This document shows, piece after piece, positions 61,137-64,000 of a DNA stretch of 64,000 bases. The notes under the pieces were generated by a model. It was given only the letters and a program-made list of their open reading frames with translations. It was not told the origin of the DNA and searched no databases. This DNA is from an uncultured delta proteobacterium. GTDB taxonomy: Bacteria > Myxococcota_A > Polyangia > Polyangiales > Polyangiaceae. The DNA lies in assembly GCA_963841435.1 (NCBI GenBank), contig CAWJCS010000004.1:256001-320000 (forward strand). The letters run 5' to 3'. The number at the start of each line of letters is the position of its first letter. Positions within the stretch are counted from its first letter, which is position 1. A program made the position numbers and the translations under genes.

Positions 61137-64000
61137 ACGCGCGCGCCGCCTTGGCGTTTCCGCTCGTCGCGCTCGCGCTTCTGGGTTGCAACCAGGATGC
61201 CGTCGAGGTGACGCAGCGCTCGCTGCAGGCAAGCTCAGAGGTCACGTTCGTGTGCCGAGGCCCAGACGGCAAAGGGCTCGAGCAGAGCGACTGCCCCGAC
61301 TACGAGCGGGGCGAATCCAGGTTGTTCGCCCTCGTGACGCAGACGGCTACCGAGGAGGTGGCCGTCGTCAACGCGTTCGCGGCCAAGGTGGTCGACGTCG
61401 AGCCGAACGTGCCGGGTTTCTCGTTTCTCCGCATGCCGAGCCGGCCCGGCGACATCGTGACGACGCCGGGCGGTGCGGCAAGCTTCGTCGGGCTGACGGG
61501 CGTCGGTAAGCGAGGTGTCGCCGCCATCCCCACGACTTGCCTCGGTGCCGCCACCGGGGGCGAGACCGCTCGTGATCTCACGACCTTTCCGGCCTGCCGC
61601 CTGCCGTCCGTACCCGGCGACATGGTGGTGCTCGTCGAGCCGCCCGACAAGGACGGCATCCGCACCGGCTGCGATCCGAGCTCGCCGCTCGAGGGCTCGT
61701 TGCCGCCCATGTCGGACGACGAGGCCGCACGTTGCCCCGCGGCCGATCTCACGCGCGAGGCCGGTCCCGCCGGGCGCCGCAAGCTCGCCATCACTTTGCC
61801 CGAACGCGGGGAGGTCGTCGTGCTCGACGCGCAGAGCATCGTCGACGCCGTTCCGGGCAGCTTCGAGCCGTGCCGCATCGAGGCATCGCTCCCGCTGCGG
61901 GTCGACCTCGATTCCGCGGTGCAAACCCTTCCGCCCGAGCTGGTTCCGGACCCCGGCTGCACCGTGCCGACACCGCTACCGCCGCCGAGCACGGGGGGTT
62001 TCCTCGCCGAGCCTGCGGGCGTGGCTGCTTCGGACGGACGCCTCTACATCGGGGACCGCGGCGCCCCCGTGGTTCACGTCGTCGATGCGGCCTCGGCGTG
62101 TCACCTCACGGAGCTGCCGCCGCTCCTGCCGATGTCGTTCGAGGTGCCGTCGCGGGTCGTCACTGCGTCGCGCGTGGCGGTCACGCCGCTCACGCCGTCC
62201 GGCAAGCGCTTCGTCTACGCCATCGACGATCAGGATCAGCCGGCGAGCGTGATGGCGTTCGACGTGAGCTCCGGAGCCGCGGATCGCACCCCGATCGTGC
62301 GCCCCGGCGCCACCCGGATCCCGTTCGAGGCGCCCGATCGGTTGCGCTTCGCCTCGCCCGTCGCCGACCTCACCTTTGCACTGCGCGACCTTCCGCAGAT
62401 CGACGACGAGGGCGTCGCCACGGAGGGCGTGCGCTGCGATCCGGATCCCGCGCTTTCGTCCGACGACCCCGCCACCCTCTATCGCCCCTCGAGCGACGGC
62501 ACGGCGGGGGCGCGCCCGCGGCTGCTCCGCGGTCTGTTCGGGCTTTTGATGCTGACGAGCGGTCAAATCGTCGTGATCGACGTTGACGACTACGACGCGA
62601 GCTGCCGGCGCCCGCTCGGCACGAACGCGTCCATGAATCCGGACTACCGCGGCTGCTCGGGCGACGTCAGCTTGCCCCCCGAGCTCACGCTCGACACGGG
62701 GGCGGCCACGGCGACGGCGGAGGTCAGCTGCCGCATGGTGGAGCCGCACCGCCCGCGCGCCCAGTCGCTCGGCGTCGTGAGCTCGTCGCTCGGCGTGGGC
62801 GCTCCGTCGCTCCGGTCCTTGCCGCGCTTCGTCGCCCCCGACAGCGCGCTCGACCTCTCGGGGATCGAGCTGCCGAAGCTGCTTGCCGTCAACATCCCGC
62901 CCGCCGATCCGGACGGAGAGCCAGTGCCGCCAGCCGTGTACGTGGGCACCACCGAGTACGAGAAGGGCCGCGCCGGAGCCGATCTGCAGACCAACCCCGC
63001 GGTGGCCGAGGAGTCGTCGCTCACGCTGCCGTTCGTGGAGCCGCGCGCACACCTGCCGAGCGACTCGTTCTCGCTCGTGTACGAGGGCCGCGTCGCGGGT
63101 GAGGGCTCGGGCGGCTTTCTGTCCTTCGCCGGGGGTGGCCAGGGCGCTTTCGACGACCCGACCGCCTACTTCTGCGGCCAGGGCGTCTACGACTTGCCGA
63201 TGATGCAGGACTACGGTGAAAAGGAGCTCGGGCTCGACGGTGACGAGCTCACGCGCTTCGCTGAGTCCCACGCCGATTACCTGCAGATCACCGACGGCTT
63301 TCCCGTGCTCGAGGATTCGTACTGGATCTCCAAGCGCGGTCAGGACTGCGGCGGCAGGGCAGCCTGCTTTTCGGCGTTCGGGCGTAGCGACGCGAAGGAT
63401 CTCGACCCGAGCCGCGAGCTCACGATCCAAAAGGCGTACCAGAACCGACTCGAAGTGCGCCCGCGCCAATCGGCGTCGGAGGAGCTTGCCGGCCTTGCGG
63501 ATCAGTGCACGCGCTGCGACGGCACCCCCGACTCGCCCGAGTGTACGGTCGACGGCGTGTCGAAGGACAAGCTAACGCTCCTTTTCGAGCACTGCTTCCC
63601 GGGCGGCATGCGCTACACCGTGCGCGCCTCGCGGCAATGGGTGCTCGGCTCGTCGCGCGGGCTCCACGACGTCACGGCCCGCCCCGTCGCCAATAGCTCT
63701 CTTTACGAATGCGCGCGCGACTGCAATCCGCGCAAGCGTTTCATGCACCAGCGCGTTTTCGAGGTGTCGTCGAACGTCGATTGCGCGGGGGACCAGCCTT
63801 CCTGCGGCGTCGGCGTCGCGCCGCGCGACGAGACGGTGTGCGCCTACGATCCGCGCGACCCGGACTTCGGCGGCCACGGGCTCGCGCTCGACGACGGGGC
63901 GTCGGCGTGCATCTTCGACAACCTGGTGGCGCGCTTCGTCGTGTACCGGGGGCTCTCTCCGAGCGTGCGCGGGATGCGCTTTACCTGGCAGACGACCGGC
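61133..64000 (+). CDS. Large Cys-containing lipoprotein, hypothetical, runs off the window
   Basis: ATGA overlap, lipobox LLGC, open frame without stop to 64000, beta-propeller-like segments (LYIGD, FVYAID). Confidence 0.78.
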   Translation, partial: MNARAALAFPLVALALLGCNQDAVEVTQRSLQASSEVTFVCRGPDGKGLEQSDCPDYERGESRLFALVTQTATEEVAVVNAFAAKVVDVEPNVPGFSFLRMPSRPGDIVTTPGGAASFVGLTGVGKRGVAAIPTTCLGAATGGETARDLTTFPACRLPSVPGDMVVLVEPPDKDGIRTGCDPSSPLEGSLPPMSDDEAARCPAADLTREAGPAGRRKLAITLPERGEVVVLDAQSIVDAVPGSFEPCRIEASLPLRVDLDSAVQTLPPELVPDPGCTVPTPLPPPSTGGFLAEPAGVAASDGRLYIGDRGAPVVHVVDAASACHLTELPPLLPMSFEVPSRVVTASRVAVTPLTPSGKRFVYAIDDQDQPASVMAFDVSSGAADRTPIVRPGATRIPFEAPDRLRFASPVADLTFALRDLPQIDDEGVATEGVRCDPDPALSSDDPATLYRPSSDGTAGARPRLLRGLFGLLMLTSGQIVVIDVDDYDASCRRPLGTNASMNPDYRGCSGDVSLPPELTLDTGAATATAEVSCRMVEPHRPRAQSLGVVSSSLGVGAPSLRSLPRFVAPDSALDLSGIELPKLLAVNIPPADPDGEPVPPAVYVGTTEYEKGRAGADLQTNPAVAEESSLTLPFVEPRAHLPSDSFSLVYEGRVAGEGSGGFLSFAGGGQGAFDDPTAYFCGQGVYDLPMMQDYGEKELGLDGDELTRFAESHADYLQITDGFPVLEDSYWISKRGQDCGGRAACFSAFGRSDAKDLDPSRELTIQKAYQNRLEVRPRQSASEELAGLADQCTRCDGTPDSPECTVDGVSKDKLTLLFEHCFPGGMRYTVRASRQWVLGSSRGLHDVTARPVANSSLYECARDCNPRKRFMHQRVFEVSSNVDCAGDQPSCGVGVAPRDETVCAYDPRDPDFGGHGLALDDGASACIFDNLVARFVVYRGLSPSVRGMRFTWQTTG

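Noticed and set aside
59594..64000. One continuous stop-free frame from 59594 to the window end, suggesting a single giant protein
   Set aside because: Between ~60254 and 61133 that frame is low-quality while another frame is coding, and a new lipobox starts at 61133: two genes plus an indel

Overview
Very GC-rich (about 70% by eye), gene-dense bacterial DNA. The gene content points to a Myxococcota genome, probably Polyangiaceae/Sorangium-like (inference): eukaryote-like Ser/Thr kinase, a 3.8-kaa TPR protein, Cys-rich lipoproteins, ECF sigma/TPR anti-sigma, and a TonB_C-fused receptor. There are about 46 CDS. Housekeeping genes are thiD, efp, an enoyl-CoA hydratase and 3-hydroxybutyryl-CoA dehydrogenase pair, atpD-atpC, rsmA and MoxR/DUF4350/DUF58. 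Signalling genes are a hybrid kinase, a RegB/RegA pair with two matching RegA boxes, an AraC regulator, an ECF pair, a pseudokinase-kinase tandem and a pseudo-receiver/TPR membrane protein. Envelope and transport genes are a KirBac K+ channel, MlaE/MlaF-like ABC subunits, a PlsC-like protein, two TonB-dependent receptors, ExbB/ExbD/TonB, an Omp85-family protein, YfiR and many lipoproteins. I saw no rRNA, tRNA, CRISPR array, integrase or transposase. Four genes carry single frameshifts, probably sequencing errors. The best leads are: (1) a RegB/RegA module apparently controlling a c-type cytochrome lipoprotein and a His-rich barrel protein; (2) a JAK-like pseudokinase-kinase membrane protein; (3) a TBDR-ExbBD-TonB-OM repeat protein-ECF-TPR anti-sigma locus without FecR; (4) a giant TPR gene followed by catalytically degenerate MlaF and PlsC homologues; (5) a YfiR-TBDR unit lacking its usual kinase/cyclase; (6) recurrent TAnnnT boxes just upstream of start codons, suggesting leaderless or short-leader mRNAs. 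All family calls come from motif recognition, not database searches.
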